Source: an uncultured Methanosarcinaceae archaeon (lineage in GTDB: Archaea > Halobacteriota > Methanosarcinia > Methanosarcinales > Methanosarcinaceae). Taken from it: a stretch of 64,000 nucleotides of DNA. The position numbers and the translations under genes were made by a program. The notes under the pieces are model-generated. The model searched no databases. It was given only the letters and a program-made list of their open reading frames with translations, and was not told where the DNA came from. How positions within the stretch are numbered: position 1 is the first letter of the stretch; each line of letters begins with the position of its first letter. Shown piece after piece: positions 20,751-31,684 of the stretch. The DNA lies in contig CAVSHT010000009.1 of assembly GCA_963727895.1 (NCBI GenBank), positions 224,001-288,000 on the forward strand, in the 5' to 3' direction.

Positions 20751-21070
20751 TTAAATAGTTCTGATAATCTAGTGAGGTCCTTAGTAAATTGGTTATAATC
20801 TGCAAAATTTGGTGAACTTAGTGGACTAAAATGGCTACACCCTTTGCAATTTAAATTACAATGATCTACTAAATGAGTTTCGAGCTTGGGAAGAACATTC
20901 TTATAATACATTAACTTTGCTCTATATTTATAAATGTTTGACATTATAAATACAGCTTTAGGATCGGTTAGATGCTGGTATATTATAGTGCGGTATGCCA
21001 CATTAGAATATATATGAGACTGTGCATATAATTTTATCATATACACAGTCATCTTTGGAAAAAGCTGCAA
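20751..21070 (-). pseudogene. radical SAM protein N-terminus truncated by IS1
   Basis: ETHLVDHCNLNCKGCSHFSP (CxxxCxxC) runs directly into the IS1 end at 20750. Confidence 0.8.
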
Positions 21071-21145
21071 ATAGAATTGTCTGCATTCTAGACGCGAATG
21101 GAAATACCGTTAACATGGATGCAATTCAATTTGAAGTTTGGATAT

Positions 21146-22006
21146 TCAATTCTGTGATACTTTTCTCGCAGCTATCGCGATCCAATCTCCGATTTCCTGA
21201 TAATGTTTTTTTCCAGAAAGACTATTCCAGACATTTTCAATTTTAAATCCATTCTGCTCAAGGACCACGCTGATTGTTTCAAAGGAATAATCATGCATCA
21301 AGAGCCTATAAGTCTTAACTGTGTAGTCTTTATCAATAACAATATACTGATTTAGCCATGTGTCATTTTCTGGGTAATCAAAACCTTCTTTCAAAACAAG
21401 GTGTTTTCCTTGTCTCCAAAATACGGCTTCTGAAACATACCACCTGTTTTTACGTCCTTCCCGCAGGCGAAGTGCCCGTGTAGATACATCAAAAACAAAA
21501 ATTCCACCGTCTTTAAGTGCTCTGTAGATAATGTTCAAAAGTAAGTCCCTTTTTTCATCAGAAAAAGTACATACTTCTCCATATACTTGAAGAACAACAT
21601 CAAAGATCTGGTCATATTCAATGTTGAAAAAATCAGTGCAAATGTACTCAATATTCAGCCCATCTTTTTTAGCTTGGGAACGAGCATAATTAATGGATCG
21701 AGGAGAAATATCGATGCATGTCAAGTTCATACCTTTCTGGCATAGCCTGTTGCTATATAATCCAGGACCACAACCCAAATCAAGTACTCTGTCTCCAGCT
21801 TTAAGGAGACATGAAGCAGTCAGATGATTAATTGTTTTCTCGATTTCAGTATTTTTTCGGCTTGCTTCATTATGTGTCTGGTCAAGATGGGCTTTAAGCA
21901 TACTACTTGAAATATAAGGATCATCCCAGAATTTAGGCTCCCCTGGTTCAAAAAGAGGAGGTTTTGAAGTCTTGGCAAATATTGATAAAATAGAATTTTG
22001 GGACAT
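21146..22006 (-). CDS. class I SAM-dependent methyltransferase
   Basis: VLDLGCGPGLY, IDISPRSI, ALKDGGIFVFDV. Confidence 0.9.
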   Translation of the reverse strand: MSQNSILSIFAKTSKPPLFEPGEPKFWDDPYISSSMLKAHLDQTHNEASRKNTEIEKTINHLTASCLLKAGDRVLDLGCGPGLYSNRLCQKGMNLTCIDISPRSINYARSQAKKDGLNIEYICTDFFNIEYDQIFDVVLQVYGEVCTFSDEKRDLLLNIIYRALKDGGIFVFDVSTRALRLREGRKNRWYVSEAVFWRQGKHLVLKEGFDYPENDTWLNQYIVIDKDYTVKTYRLLMHDYSFETISVVLEQNGFKIENVWNSLSGKKHYQEIGDWIAIAARKVSQN

Positions 22007-22248
22007 TTAAAACACATCCTTAAAAATACTATGTATAAAATTATGTTTTAGTCTGAAATAATTTCGCTTTTTTAGAAAGTAATCTTACGATTTTATTCAT
22101 CTACGAAATACACTATTTTACCATAAACAATTTTCAGGTATGCTTAACTTAGTTTCGTACATAGTACCGGCTAATATTCCATTAGGCAAGCTATCCAAAA
22201 AAAGAAAAAACATAAACTTGAGAAGAACACAATATGGGAAAATTAAGA

Positions 22249-22803
22249 TTACTTCCTTTCAAGAAATTCTATGAAAGATTCTAAATTATGCTCTTTTATT
22301 TGAATACAGAAATCATTGTTTTTGTCAATGTATTTGTACTGTTCATATAAGGCATTTAATTGATTATACATTGTTAAGTTTACAGATTTATACCATTGTA
22401 CATAATCTTGAAGTATGTCAACAGACATCGGACACAATAATAACGTTAAACCAAATTCTGTATCCTCATCAGAGAAAATTACAAAAGGAAAATTTCTACA
22501 TGCTTCAGGCCTATTATCATATATTCTGCATTTTGAGTTTATCAATAACGGGCACTGATCAACAGCATTTATTGCTTTATAACATCCTTCCAGCTCCGAT
22601 TTCACCACATTCGATTTTAAAAGATTCGCACTTTCTTTATCGACATTCTTGAAGATGTTCTCATATTCTTTTCTATGAAAATCGATAATATGATGTTTGC
22701 AGCAACTCGCATTACATGATTCAGGACAGCTATAATGTTTAAGTATGCTTTGAGTTTTTGAGATTAACCAGTCGTATTTTTCAAAACGTTGTCTTTTGGC
22801 CAT
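22249..22803 (-). CDS. YkgJ-family (CxxxCxxxCC) Zn/Fe-chelating protein
   Basis: CPESCNASCC...CPLL..KCRIYDNRPEACRNFPF. Confidence 0.85.
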   Translation of the reverse strand: MAKRQRFEKYDWLISKTQSILKHYSCPESCNASCCKHHIIDFHRKEYENIFKNVDKESANLLKSNVVKSELEGCYKAINAVDQCPLLINSKCRIYDNRPEACRNFPFVIFSDEDTEFGLTLLLCPMSVDILQDYVQWYKSVNLTMYNQLNALYEQYKYIDKNNDFCIQIKEHNLESFIEFLERK

Positions 22804-22954
22804 AGCAGTCACCCAATTGAAAGAAAAAAGAAATGTTAAGTATAGTAAGAGATATAAATTGCCCTATTTTAGGATAACTTAATATAGCATTTTAAATATT
22901 TTTGATTTTACGGAAAATTGGTATTCTGTTTCTTCATTGAAGCCAGAGTTTTAA

Positions 22955-23623
22955 TTACTTATTTATTGCTCTAAATGTTTCCTCATGCAAATAAATATCG
23001 TTATGAAAAGCAGCATCTATTTCCTGCACATTAAATCCCTGAGCCTGGAGTTTCCTGCAGTCCTGAACGATTTCTGGAACATCTCGAATTCCAAATATAA
23101 TTAACGTTGGCTGGGATGTATTGGGCTGCCATACTGGTAATTGACCCATGATTTTTATGAACAAATTGAAGGAACTCTCACTCACACGATAGCTTCTGAT
23201 AATTTCAAGCCTATCACAAGCTGTTTCACTATATCTGGTATTTAGAGCAGGTGAGATACCAATAGCAAAATCAGCGCTGCTTAAAAGTGACAGACGCCCT
23301 CTGAGTGAATAGCCAACGGCGGCTACTTTTCCGTATTGTCGGCAGTGTTCTATAGCTGTCTCCAGTTCTGCCAACATATCTTTGTGCAAGACCGAAAGAT
23401 TCTCACCATGGCCTCACAGGTCTATAGCGCAGACTACCAGACCTGTTTCAGCTATGCGCCAGGCCAACCCCAGTTCTTCCTCTTTACAGCCTCCATAACC
23501 GTGCACTAAAACAACACTACCCGCTGGCTTCAAAGGAACGATCTTCACCGCTGGAATAGTTTTTTCCTTTTCCTGCACAAGTAACAGCCGTTCAATTTTC
23601 ATAGTTTTTTCCTCTGGTCTCAT
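22955..23623 (-). pseudogene. alpha/beta hydrolase with in-frame TGA
   Basis: VLVHGYGG...AIDL*GHGEN (CGA>TGA at 23414-16); reading frame continues to GYSL.G nucleophile motif. Confidence 0.85.
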
Positions 23624-23812
23624 ATTTCACCTGAAAATTATCCTTAGTCATTTTTGTAAAAGTACATCCTTTTACAAAAATCATTTTACCTTTTACACCT
23701 AGACAGATTTGAGTTATCATCTTCACTTTACTAAATACACCAGATATACCAAAGAAAGTACATAAATCAGAAGTTTCAATAACGGAATCAAATAACCTTG
23801 AGGTAATATAAC

Positions 23813-24147
23813 ATGCTTCATTATCCAGAAGATTTGACGGCTATCCCGTACCTAATCGAAAAAACAATCACATTGATCGGGAACAAGTGAACTCTATTAT
23901 TAATAAGAGAATTTTATCTCTCAGATGGTCCTTTGCGATTCAATGATTTACTAAAGTCCCTGAAACCAATAAGCTCGAAAACACTGTCTTCAAAGCTCAA
24001 GGATCTTGTGTCATATGGAATTATAGAAAGAAATGTTGAGAATACAAGCCTATAAAAGTAAAATATTCCCTAACGGAAAAAGGCAAAGACCTTAGAGATG
24101 TTTTACTTTCTATGGCTGAATGGAGTAAGAGATGGTATAGTTCCTAA
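23813..24147 (+). pseudogene. HxlR-family winged-helix regulator, nonsense plus frameshift
   Basis: manual translation LIGNK*TLLLIRE..GPLRFNDL...ISSKTLSSKLKDL..YGIIER / KVKYSLTEKGKDL. Confidence 0.85.
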
Positions 24148-24183
24148 AGATCGTGCAGGCATGGAAATCACCTTATTGAGAAA

Positions 24184-24750
24184 TTAAAGGCAACCTTTCG
24201 TTTGTTCTTTCTTTATTTTTGACATCACAACCATTTTTACCAGATAATCATATTTTTTCCAGCTATGTTCATCGATTTCTGGCATTGAGACAATGTGAGC
24301 TTCACTTCTTTTCTTGCCGGTGCAGGAGTCGATAGATTTCTGGATGGCAGCAGGGTTTTTATTTCCGACCATGTATACAATTTTTATTTCCCTGATAAAA
24401 CGGGAGATTGCAGTCATAGGAATTTCATTCAAGTAGGACAACGGGGACTTTGAGCCGATTATTTTTCGTGATCCTGCCATTGTAGAGACTCCATTTTCGG
24501 CAAGTGAGATTAAAGACTGACCTGCCCAGTGAGCACTTTCTGCTCCGCAGACGATCAGGTAGTTTATGTTTGGATTTGCGAGCACATTGGTTATTATTTT
24601 TTCAATCCCAAAGTTTGCAGTAAAGCAAGTTCCACAAATTGCATAGTTCTGAAGCCCCCATTCTTTATGGTCAGAGGCAAGAGTTACTACAGCTACACTC
24701 GAGTCTGTATCTCCTATTACGTAGTTTCCGGAAGTTAGAGGCCATACCAT
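24184..24750 (-). CDS. stand-alone MtrA-like corrinoid protein
   Basis: WPLTSGNYVIGD..SSVAVVTLAS...AICG...N.GIEKIITNVLANPNI.YLIVCG.E..H.AGQSL; no C-terminal membrane helix. Confidence 0.85.
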   Translation of the reverse strand: MVWPLTSGNYVIGDTDSSVAVVTLASDHKEWGLQNYAICGTCFTANFGIEKIITNVLANPNINYLIVCGAESAHWAGQSLISLAENGVSTMAGSRKIIGSKSPLSYLNEIPMTAISRFIREIKIVYMVGNKNPAAIQKSIDSCTGKKRSEAHIVSMPEIDEHSWKKYDYLVKMVVMSKIKKEQTKGCL

Positions 24751-25285
24751 ATCGTTTTGCTCCTATATATAATGGATTTTTATTGGTTTTTAATAGGGTT
24801 CATCTTTTAATTCGAATATACAAGTTAATTCTCCCTTGTAAAATCGAATTTGATATTAAGCTAGGTTCTTAACATGTCCTGACCAATTTAACATAATATT
24901 TATGGAATACTGCATGATTGAAAAGATATATGTCTGGTCTGCAGCAAATTCTTTACTGCACTGGCTATGTATATTACAATTTTAAAGTGAATAGATATCG
25001 TAATATTTTCGTATAAACTCCAGTCAAGACTGGCTCTCATAGACGCTGCTAACATGTGCCATTTACACACGTTTTTTGTGGCAACTGCCAATTTCCTTTT
25101 CTAATATATCATCAGTGAAAGCGCGATATCTGTTCACCTTGTGAGCATATAGGCATTGAGAGAAAATTTTCAGATGAATTCAAAAAAGAAAGTTTCTGCA
25201 AAATCTAGATTGATTTTGTAGTCTTTGTATATAATAAAAAAGTTAAAATGGGGTTTATATTAGAATTACATGAATCGTTGTTACT

Positions 25286-26701
25286 TTAAGTTTGTAATGG
25301 AGTTAGTTTACCTCCGTTGGTCAATGTATAAGTCTTGTTACCGAGCCAGGCGTTTGTACTGGAATTTGAGTCATAGTATATGGTATTTCCATTGTCTTTG
25401 ATATTAGACAACGTGGAATCTTCATCTTTCAAGCTTGTCAGGTATGAAGGTCCTGTTACGTTCCAGTTGCTGGTCGAATCCAGAGTCAAATTCATCGATT
25501 TTGCTTTATTGTTTGCATTAATAGATCCTGTCAAAGCAGTATTATTTTGCAATATAGCAGTGATTGAGCTGACATTATCACAGGTAATGTTACCGTTAAG
25601 AGTTTCATTTTCTGCCTTAAAGGTCACAGTACCACCATTTGATCCTGTATTGCCCCACCTGTCTGCATTTGCTTTCAAAAGCGTACCTGATGTAGCAGTC
25701 AAATTCGCATCTTTTACCTCGATTATAGATTGCGTGTTTGTGATATAGAAGAGAGGACCAACTTCTGCCTTGAGTGAGCCACCATTCATCGTAAAGCTGC
25801 TGGTTCCGACGTCGGCATCTCCTGAAAAACTCTGATAAAGCATAGCTCCACATTTTTTCATGCCTGAAAGAGTAACATTATTAAGGGATATTGAATTCTT
25901 TCCTTCTATTACTGCTGCTTCTGAGCCTGTTGCTAATAGTGTAGCGTTAGAGACTGTTATGTTGCCTGTTGAATAAATACCAGGAGAACCGTCTCCGGCT
26001 GTGTTCATTGTTCCACCAATGACAACAACGGTTCCTTGACCGCGGTCTGTTGCAATGGCTGCACAATGTTGCCCTTTTGTGTTAATGTAAACATTTGTAC
26101 AGGTTATATTACCGGTTTGAGTTGCATCTACACCGCGGGAGCCATCGGAAGAAGTCTTAATCGTAACATTGGACAGAGTTATTGAAGAACCCGTACCTGT
26201 AGAAAAGACACCATTGGCATTTGTAGTTATCGTACAGTTAGTTAGCTTTATTATGCTTCCAGATTCTGCCAGTACACCAGCGTCGAGACCATAAAAATCG
26301 CTGTTGTCATTTGAAGAGGTAGCTCCTGTTTTTAGTATTGTAGAATCCGATAAGGTGAATGTGCCATTGTTTTTAACTAAAATACCACTTTCGTCTTTAT
26401 TAGACGCGTTGAAGATCTGACTTGAGTTAGTCTCAGATCCCCCATTTTGTGAATATACACCACTTGCATTAATGGTTGCACTGCCTGAGCTTTGAGGACC
26501 AGATTAACCATTATTAGAGGAAGGTGGCATGTTAGTTGAACCATTATTAGGCGACGGTGGCATGTTGGCTGAACCGTTGGCTGGATTTACACTCCCATTT
26601 GATTTATTTTCTGAATTCTTTGTTGTTCCAGCACAGCCAGCAGAAAAAACAATTGTAAAAACTAAACAGAATATTGTTACTGTCTGTAATAATTTCCTCA
26701 T
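25286..26701 (-). pseudogene. secreted lipoprotein with Ser/Thr/Gly/Asn-rich beta-helix-like body, single nonsense codon
   Basis: signal peptide with SAGC lipobox; TAA at 26504-06; same frame continues to 25286. Confidence 0.75.
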
Positions 26702-26819
26702 ATTAAAACCTCTTGAGTTTTCGATCTTTTTTAAATATGGCCACACAAATAGATCCCCAAAAGAAGGGTAGTTTTTTAAGGAAGAGTATTCTGTATTTAC
26801 CTAAATAAATATATTTTTA

Positions 26820-27000
26820 GCCCTCTTTAAAAAATCCTCGAAAATCTGCTTTTCCTCAAAACATTATGAAAAAGAATATTAAAAAGACTCTGTAGAAAAC
26901 CTATCTAAATCAGTATTAGGAAAGCTTTAAAAAATAAAAAGTTTGATTATTTACCTCAAATAAGTTGAGGTCAGTTCTTATAGAGAAGTTTTACAGAGCC
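26820..27000. mobile_element. MITE family A (GGCTCTGTAAAA-type ends) plus adjacent degenerate end
   Basis: gactctgtagaaaacctatc 26886 ... ttttacagagcc 27000; related to 52671-52799. Confidence 0.65.
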
Positions 27001-27059
27001 TGTTTTTCAAGTTAAGCATTCATTTTGCTACTGCAATATATCCAGACACAGTTTTAGTG

Positions 27060-28424
27060 TTACTTCCAGCATTGTTCTTTACTGTTAAGCTGACAGTGAT
27101 ATTTTCCTGCTTTACTGTATTTGTGTGCAGGATTCTTGGCTGTTGAATATGTTCCATCTCCAAAACTCCATTTCCATGAAGTTGGACTATCTGTACTTTT
27201 GTCCGTAAACTGAACCTTCAGTGGAGCTTTTCCTGAGCTTGGAGACGCTGAAAAAGCAGCAACTGGTTTTATCGGGGCGGCTTTTACAGTTATATAATTC
27301 TTTATTGTTTTCGTATTTGTTCCAGCTGCATTCTTTACTGTTAAGCTGACAGTATATTTTCCTGCTTTACTGTATGTGTATGTAGGATTCTTTGACTGTT
27401 GAAGTTTTTCCATCTCCAAAGCTCCATTTCCAGCTAGTAGGGGTATTTGTGCTTTTATCCGTAAACTGTACCTTCAGTGGAGCATTTCCTGAGGTTGGAG
27501 ATGCCGAAAATGCAGCAACTGGGGCTTTTAAAGTTGTAACATTTATATAATTATTTATTGTTTTCGTGTTTGTTCCTGCAGCATTCTTTACTGTTAAGCT
27601 GACTGTATATTTCCCCGCTTCATCGTATGTGTATGACGGATTTTTCTTAGTTGAATATGTTCCATCTCCAAAATTCCATTTCCATGAAGTTGGGTGTTCC
27701 TGTACTTTTATCAGTAAATGTTACTTTCAGTGGTGCATTTCCTGAAGTTGGAGATGCAGTAAACGCAGCAACAGGTTTTGGTGTAGCTGTTGTGACATTT
27801 ATATACTTGGATTTTGTTACCGTATTGCTACCGCCAGCATTGCTTGCTGTCAAGTGCTACTGTGTAAGTTCCTGCTTTGGTATACTTGTGAGTTGGATTC
27901 TGAACTGTTGAATTTGTTCCATCTCCAAAACTCCATTTCCATGAAGTTGGTGTTCCTGTACTTTTGTCAGTAAATGTTACATTCAGAGGAACATTTCCTG
28001 AAGTCGGGGACGCAGAAAAGGCAGCAACAGGTGGGTTCGGTTTTTCGGGTCTTGTTTCTACATTGTCTATTTTGAAGCCATATGCAGTGTTATATCCATT
28101 TGTTGTAAATTTGACTTTTATAGTGTCTCCAGTGTACCAATCTGCCCAGAAATCATCGCTGTTATATTCATCATCGTAAGTTGCAAGTACATTTCCATCT
28201 TTGTCTAAAAGAGTTACTTTGTCAACATGATCAGAAGCAATGTCCAATTTCGTAAAATGCAACCTCATTTGAGTAGCGCCAGATTCGCTTATTGCAGGCC
28301 ATGTATGCTCAAAATGATTTGCATAAGGGTGATCTGATTCTGGTAAAGATTCAGCCGCAGAAGCAAATGTGCATGTAATAATGCTTATTAATAAACAACA
28401 CACTAAAATTTTCGAAAAATTCAT
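27060..28424 (-). pseudogene. PKD-repeat surface protein with N-terminal CUB-like domain, multiply frameshifted
   Basis: signal peptide; ESDHPYAN...MRLHF...VKFTTN...YGFKI; about four PVAAFSASPTSG.APL.V.FTDKST..PTSWKWSFGDG repeats in different frames. Confidence 0.88.
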
Positions 28425-29031
28425 ATCAAATTATTCCTCCATGTTTTAATTGGAATGAAATGATGTCACAAAAATAGCGTGTTAGCAGGCAATACCATGA
28501 TACTCAAAATAAGAGATTTTTCATAATTTATTGGTTTTTTAATTGAAGTCACAGAGTACACATAATGCGGAAAATAATTACAAATCTTGGTGACTTTATA
28601 AAATATTTTAAAAGTCCTTGCTTTACAAAACTAAACTCATACTATTTTTTCATCATTTATTTTTTTCAAAAAATAATATTATTAAACAGAATTCATTAAT
28701 CTTCTTTAAACTTCTCTATTTTTATCGAAAATTCCATAAAAACCAGTGAAGAAATACAATTTAGCTAGAAAGATTTAAACATAAAAAAGTAAATCAAAAT
28801 ATTTAGCGTCTTAAATAAGTTAAGATCTAAGTTGCAAACCTAGATGCTGAATATGGAAATCAAAAGGTTACACTTAAATTTGCCCAAAAACACAGATTTC
28901 TCTTTTTATGAAATTTGATCAACAAGCCTGTTCACTACATAAAAATGATATGAAGAAACAAAGAAAAAGAAAAGAGCACAAAATTTCAAAAATAATAGTT
29001 CTAAGAAAAAACTAATTAAAGAATATATTAA

Positions 29032-29106
29032 TGGGATAGCGCGGATTTGAACCGCGGTCCAAGCGTCCCAAACGCTCGAGGATGGACCAAGCTACCCTAC
29101 TATCCC
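29032..29106 (-). tRNA. tRNA-Pro(TGG)
   Basis: revcomp GGGATAGTAGGGTAGCTTGGTCCATCCTCGAGCGTTTGGGACGCTTGGACCGCGGTTCAAATCCGCGCTATCCCA folds into a cloverleaf. Confidence 0.97.
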
Positions 29107-29258
29107 AAGAGGTACTTTTTCACAAAGGAAGTAATCGTTTATATAGTTTTCGTTTGAAAATGGATATGTAACGTTTTTTCTAAAAAACTTTTATTGAAAA
29201 GCTAAAATTTTATCTATCTGCGCTTTCCAAGTTTTCAATCTCATATGAGGTTGTTTTT

Positions 29259-29810
29259 TCATTTCCAGCGATGATAGATCTCGTTTTCTATTCCGAGCAA
29301 ATCCAGAGTTCTTCCTACCATAACATCTATGAGATCTTCAAGAGTTTGGGGCCGTGAATAAAAGCCCGGACAGGCTGGAAGGATGCTTGCCCCTGCTCTT
29401 TTAGCCTTAAGCATATTTTCGATATGTATCAGGTTAAGAGGAGTTTCCCGGGTCATCAGGATAAGTTTTCTTTCCTCCTTGAGGCAGACGTCTGCAGCTC
29501 TTGTAAGAAGGGTATCGGATACCCCGTTTGCTACAGCTGCAAGAGTTTTCATGCTGCAGGGAGCGATAACCATTCCTCCTGTCCTGTAAGATCCACTGGC
29601 TATTGGTGCTGAAAAATCTTTCTGGGCATAGCTCCAGGTTGCAAGTTTCTCTACTGCTTCGGAGGTGTAATTAGTTTCGATTTTTATTATCTGGCTTGCA
29701 GCATCCGTCAAAACCAGATGGGTTTTAATTCCTTTCTCCGCCAGTACTTCAAGAAGGCGAATTCCATACTGGACCCCTGAGGCCCCGCTGATCCCTACCG
29801 TTATCTCCAT
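29259..29810 (-). CDS. ubiX: flavin prenyltransferase
   Basis: GISGASG, IASGS, APCSMKTL, RAADVCLKE.RKL, RETPL, PGFY. Confidence 0.96.
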   Translation of the reverse strand: MEITVGISGASGVQYGIRLLEVLAEKGIKTHLVLTDAASQIIKIETNYTSEAVEKLATWSYAQKDFSAPIASGSYRTGGMVIAPCSMKTLAAVANGVSDTLLTRAADVCLKEERKLILMTRETPLNLIHIENMLKAKRAGASILPACPGFYSRPQTLEDLIDVMVGRTLDLLGIENEIYHRWK

Positions 29811-29883
29811 TTTATCCTGCCGTTGATGGTTTGCCGTTATTTCCAGTTATACATCATCTCTTGCCGTAATTTAATTAATTCTT

Positions 29884-30234
29884 TTACCCTGCCAGTTCGT
29901 CTCCTTTTTTATAAAAGGCAATGAAGCTTTCCACCATTTCCCCTGCGGCTGAGACTATATCTCTTATTTCCTCAGGGCTGATATTATCCTGATGTATTCC
30001 GACAACAAATACCGAGGTCTTCTTTGTTGCCTTGCTCACCTGTCTTGCTCCTTGCAGGGCAAGATATTCTTCCCGGTGCCCTGGCATTGTTATCACCGAT
30101 GAACTTGCTCTCTGGCTTTTCTCATCAAAGAGCCCAACGGCAACAGCTCCCACATGTTCCTCTCCACCTGTAAGGGTCAGCAGATAATCTTCTCCAATCT
30201 TTTTTACCTCAAGTACTATCTCGATTTTCCCCAC
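29884..30234 (-). CDS. small protein, LpdD-like (putative prenylated-FMN chaperone)
   Basis: GEDYLLTLTGG..HVGAVA...PGHRE...VVGIH motifs; directly upstream of ubiX. Confidence 0.6.
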   Translation of the reverse strand: MGKIEIVLEVKKIGEDYLLTLTGGEEHVGAVAVGLFDEKSQRASSSVITMPGHREEYLALQGARQVSKATKKTSVFVVGIHQDNISPEEIRDIVSAAGEMVESFIAFYKKGDELAG

Positions 30235-30374
30235 GTTTCCGTTTAATCTGAAACAAATTCCTACCTCAATTCTTCAAATTTTAAGAAAAATTTCATTTTT
30301 ATATTCTTTAAAGTTTTCTGATAAGTTTTTCATTTAAATGTTTCATTTAAATTCTATTTTTCCTTCCTTTTAAT

Positions 30375-31571
30375 TCAGATATCACTCAGTTTAAACTGTT
30401 TAAGGGATTTTTTAACATCAAAATAGTCTCGAGCGGCCTTTCCAACGGCTTCGCAGTGCTCTTTCGGGCTGTACACACCCATTCTCCAATTATCCATATG
30501 CGCTTCCTTCAGGATGGATACAAAATGAGAAGCTTCGTTAATAGGAATCATTTTATGATCAGTTTTTATCATGACCTGCATTTCCAGCATTTCAGGCGTC
30601 TTAGGAATGTCAACAAGCACATACTCAGGCTCAACCTCAGCCAATTCTGCAATTTCGTTTTCGACCCGTCGAATACGGTCACGGTGTTTTAGTACAGATT
30701 TTCCTACGTCTGCAAGACCCCCGTAAAGTGCCCGCTTGTAGAGATTACGGGTATCCAGCAAACGCGAAAGTTTTTCTGCATATCCAGTTGCATTTCGCAT
30801 GGCTGAGATGATGTCTATATCATCCATCTGCCTGAGCCTGAACGGATCAAGCTCTTTATTTTCGATCATATACTCCACTGATCTGGAACACATAGCTTCT
30901 GAAATCCTGGTTACATGATGGTAGTAAACCGATGTGTTCATCCAGAAACGTGATACTAAAAGAGATTCAGCGGCTTTTAAGCCACCATATTCTACAACAA
31001 GCCTATCTTCGTAAAAATTCATTTTATTGATTAGGCGATTGTAATCCACAACCCCAAAAGAGACACCCGTGTAATGGGCATCCCGAACAAGATAGTCCAT
31101 TCTATCCACGTCAATCTCGCTACTAAGGATCTGCCCTAAAGAAGTCTCTCCCTTTATATGCTTCACAAGGTTTCCTGGAGAAATTCCGTATTTGCTCAAA
31201 ACTTCCTTTATTTCCCCTTTTTCTAGGATTTCTTTTACATCATCGTGCCTGCGCCGTGTATATTTGTCAATAACATTCTCGGTAACATGAGAAAAAGGTC
31301 CGTGACCAACATCGTGCAAAAGAGCAGCAGCTTTTATTTCGGTTTTCTTGTCCTCTTCAATCGAGTCGATACTTCTGGTTAGCATAGATGCAAGGTGCAT
31401 TGCTCCAAGCGAGTGTTCAAAACGTGAATGATTTGCTCCTGGATATACAAGGTTTGAAAATCCAAGCTGTTTTACCCTCCTGAGGCGCTGCATCTGGGGA
31501 GTAGAAAGAAGGTCCTGAGCTAAATCATCCAGCTCGATGTAACCATGTACGGGATCAAGGACAACTTTCAT
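30375..31571 (-). CDS. HD-domain phosphohydrolase (dNTPase/SAMHD1-like)
   Basis: DPVHG, QRLRRVKQLG, HSRFEHSLG, LLHDVGHGPFSH, DVDRMDYLVRD. Confidence 0.93.
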   Translation of the reverse strand: MKVVLDPVHGYIELDDLAQDLLSTPQMQRLRRVKQLGFSNLVYPGANHSRFEHSLGAMHLASMLTRSIDSIEEDKKTEIKAAALLHDVGHGPFSHVTENVIDKYTRRRHDDVKEILEKGEIKEVLSKYGISPGNLVKHIKGETSLGQILSSEIDVDRMDYLVRDAHYTGVSFGVVDYNRLINKMNFYEDRLVVEYGGLKAAESLLVSRFWMNTSVYYHHVTRISEAMCSRSVEYMIENKELDPFRLRQMDDIDIISAMRNATGYAEKLSRLLDTRNLYKRALYGGLADVGKSVLKHRDRIRRVENEIAELAEVEPEYVLVDIPKTPEMLEMQVMIKTDHKMIPINEASHFVSILKEAHMDNWRMGVYSPKEHCEAVGKAARDYFDVKKSLKQFKLSDI

Positions 31572-31684
31572 TATTCTTTAAAGAGATTTCATTATATATT
31601 GCTATTACTAATACTCTTATACTGTAGATTTGCAGAAATACCAGCTACCCGAAAGTTTAAAAGAAAACCGGATAAGGTATTATC

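Noticed and set aside
23414..23416. In-frame TGA codons (also near 23888 and 53301) as selenocysteine
   Set aside because: They replace conserved Arg or Trp positions, not Cys, and FrhA here uses Cys ligands.
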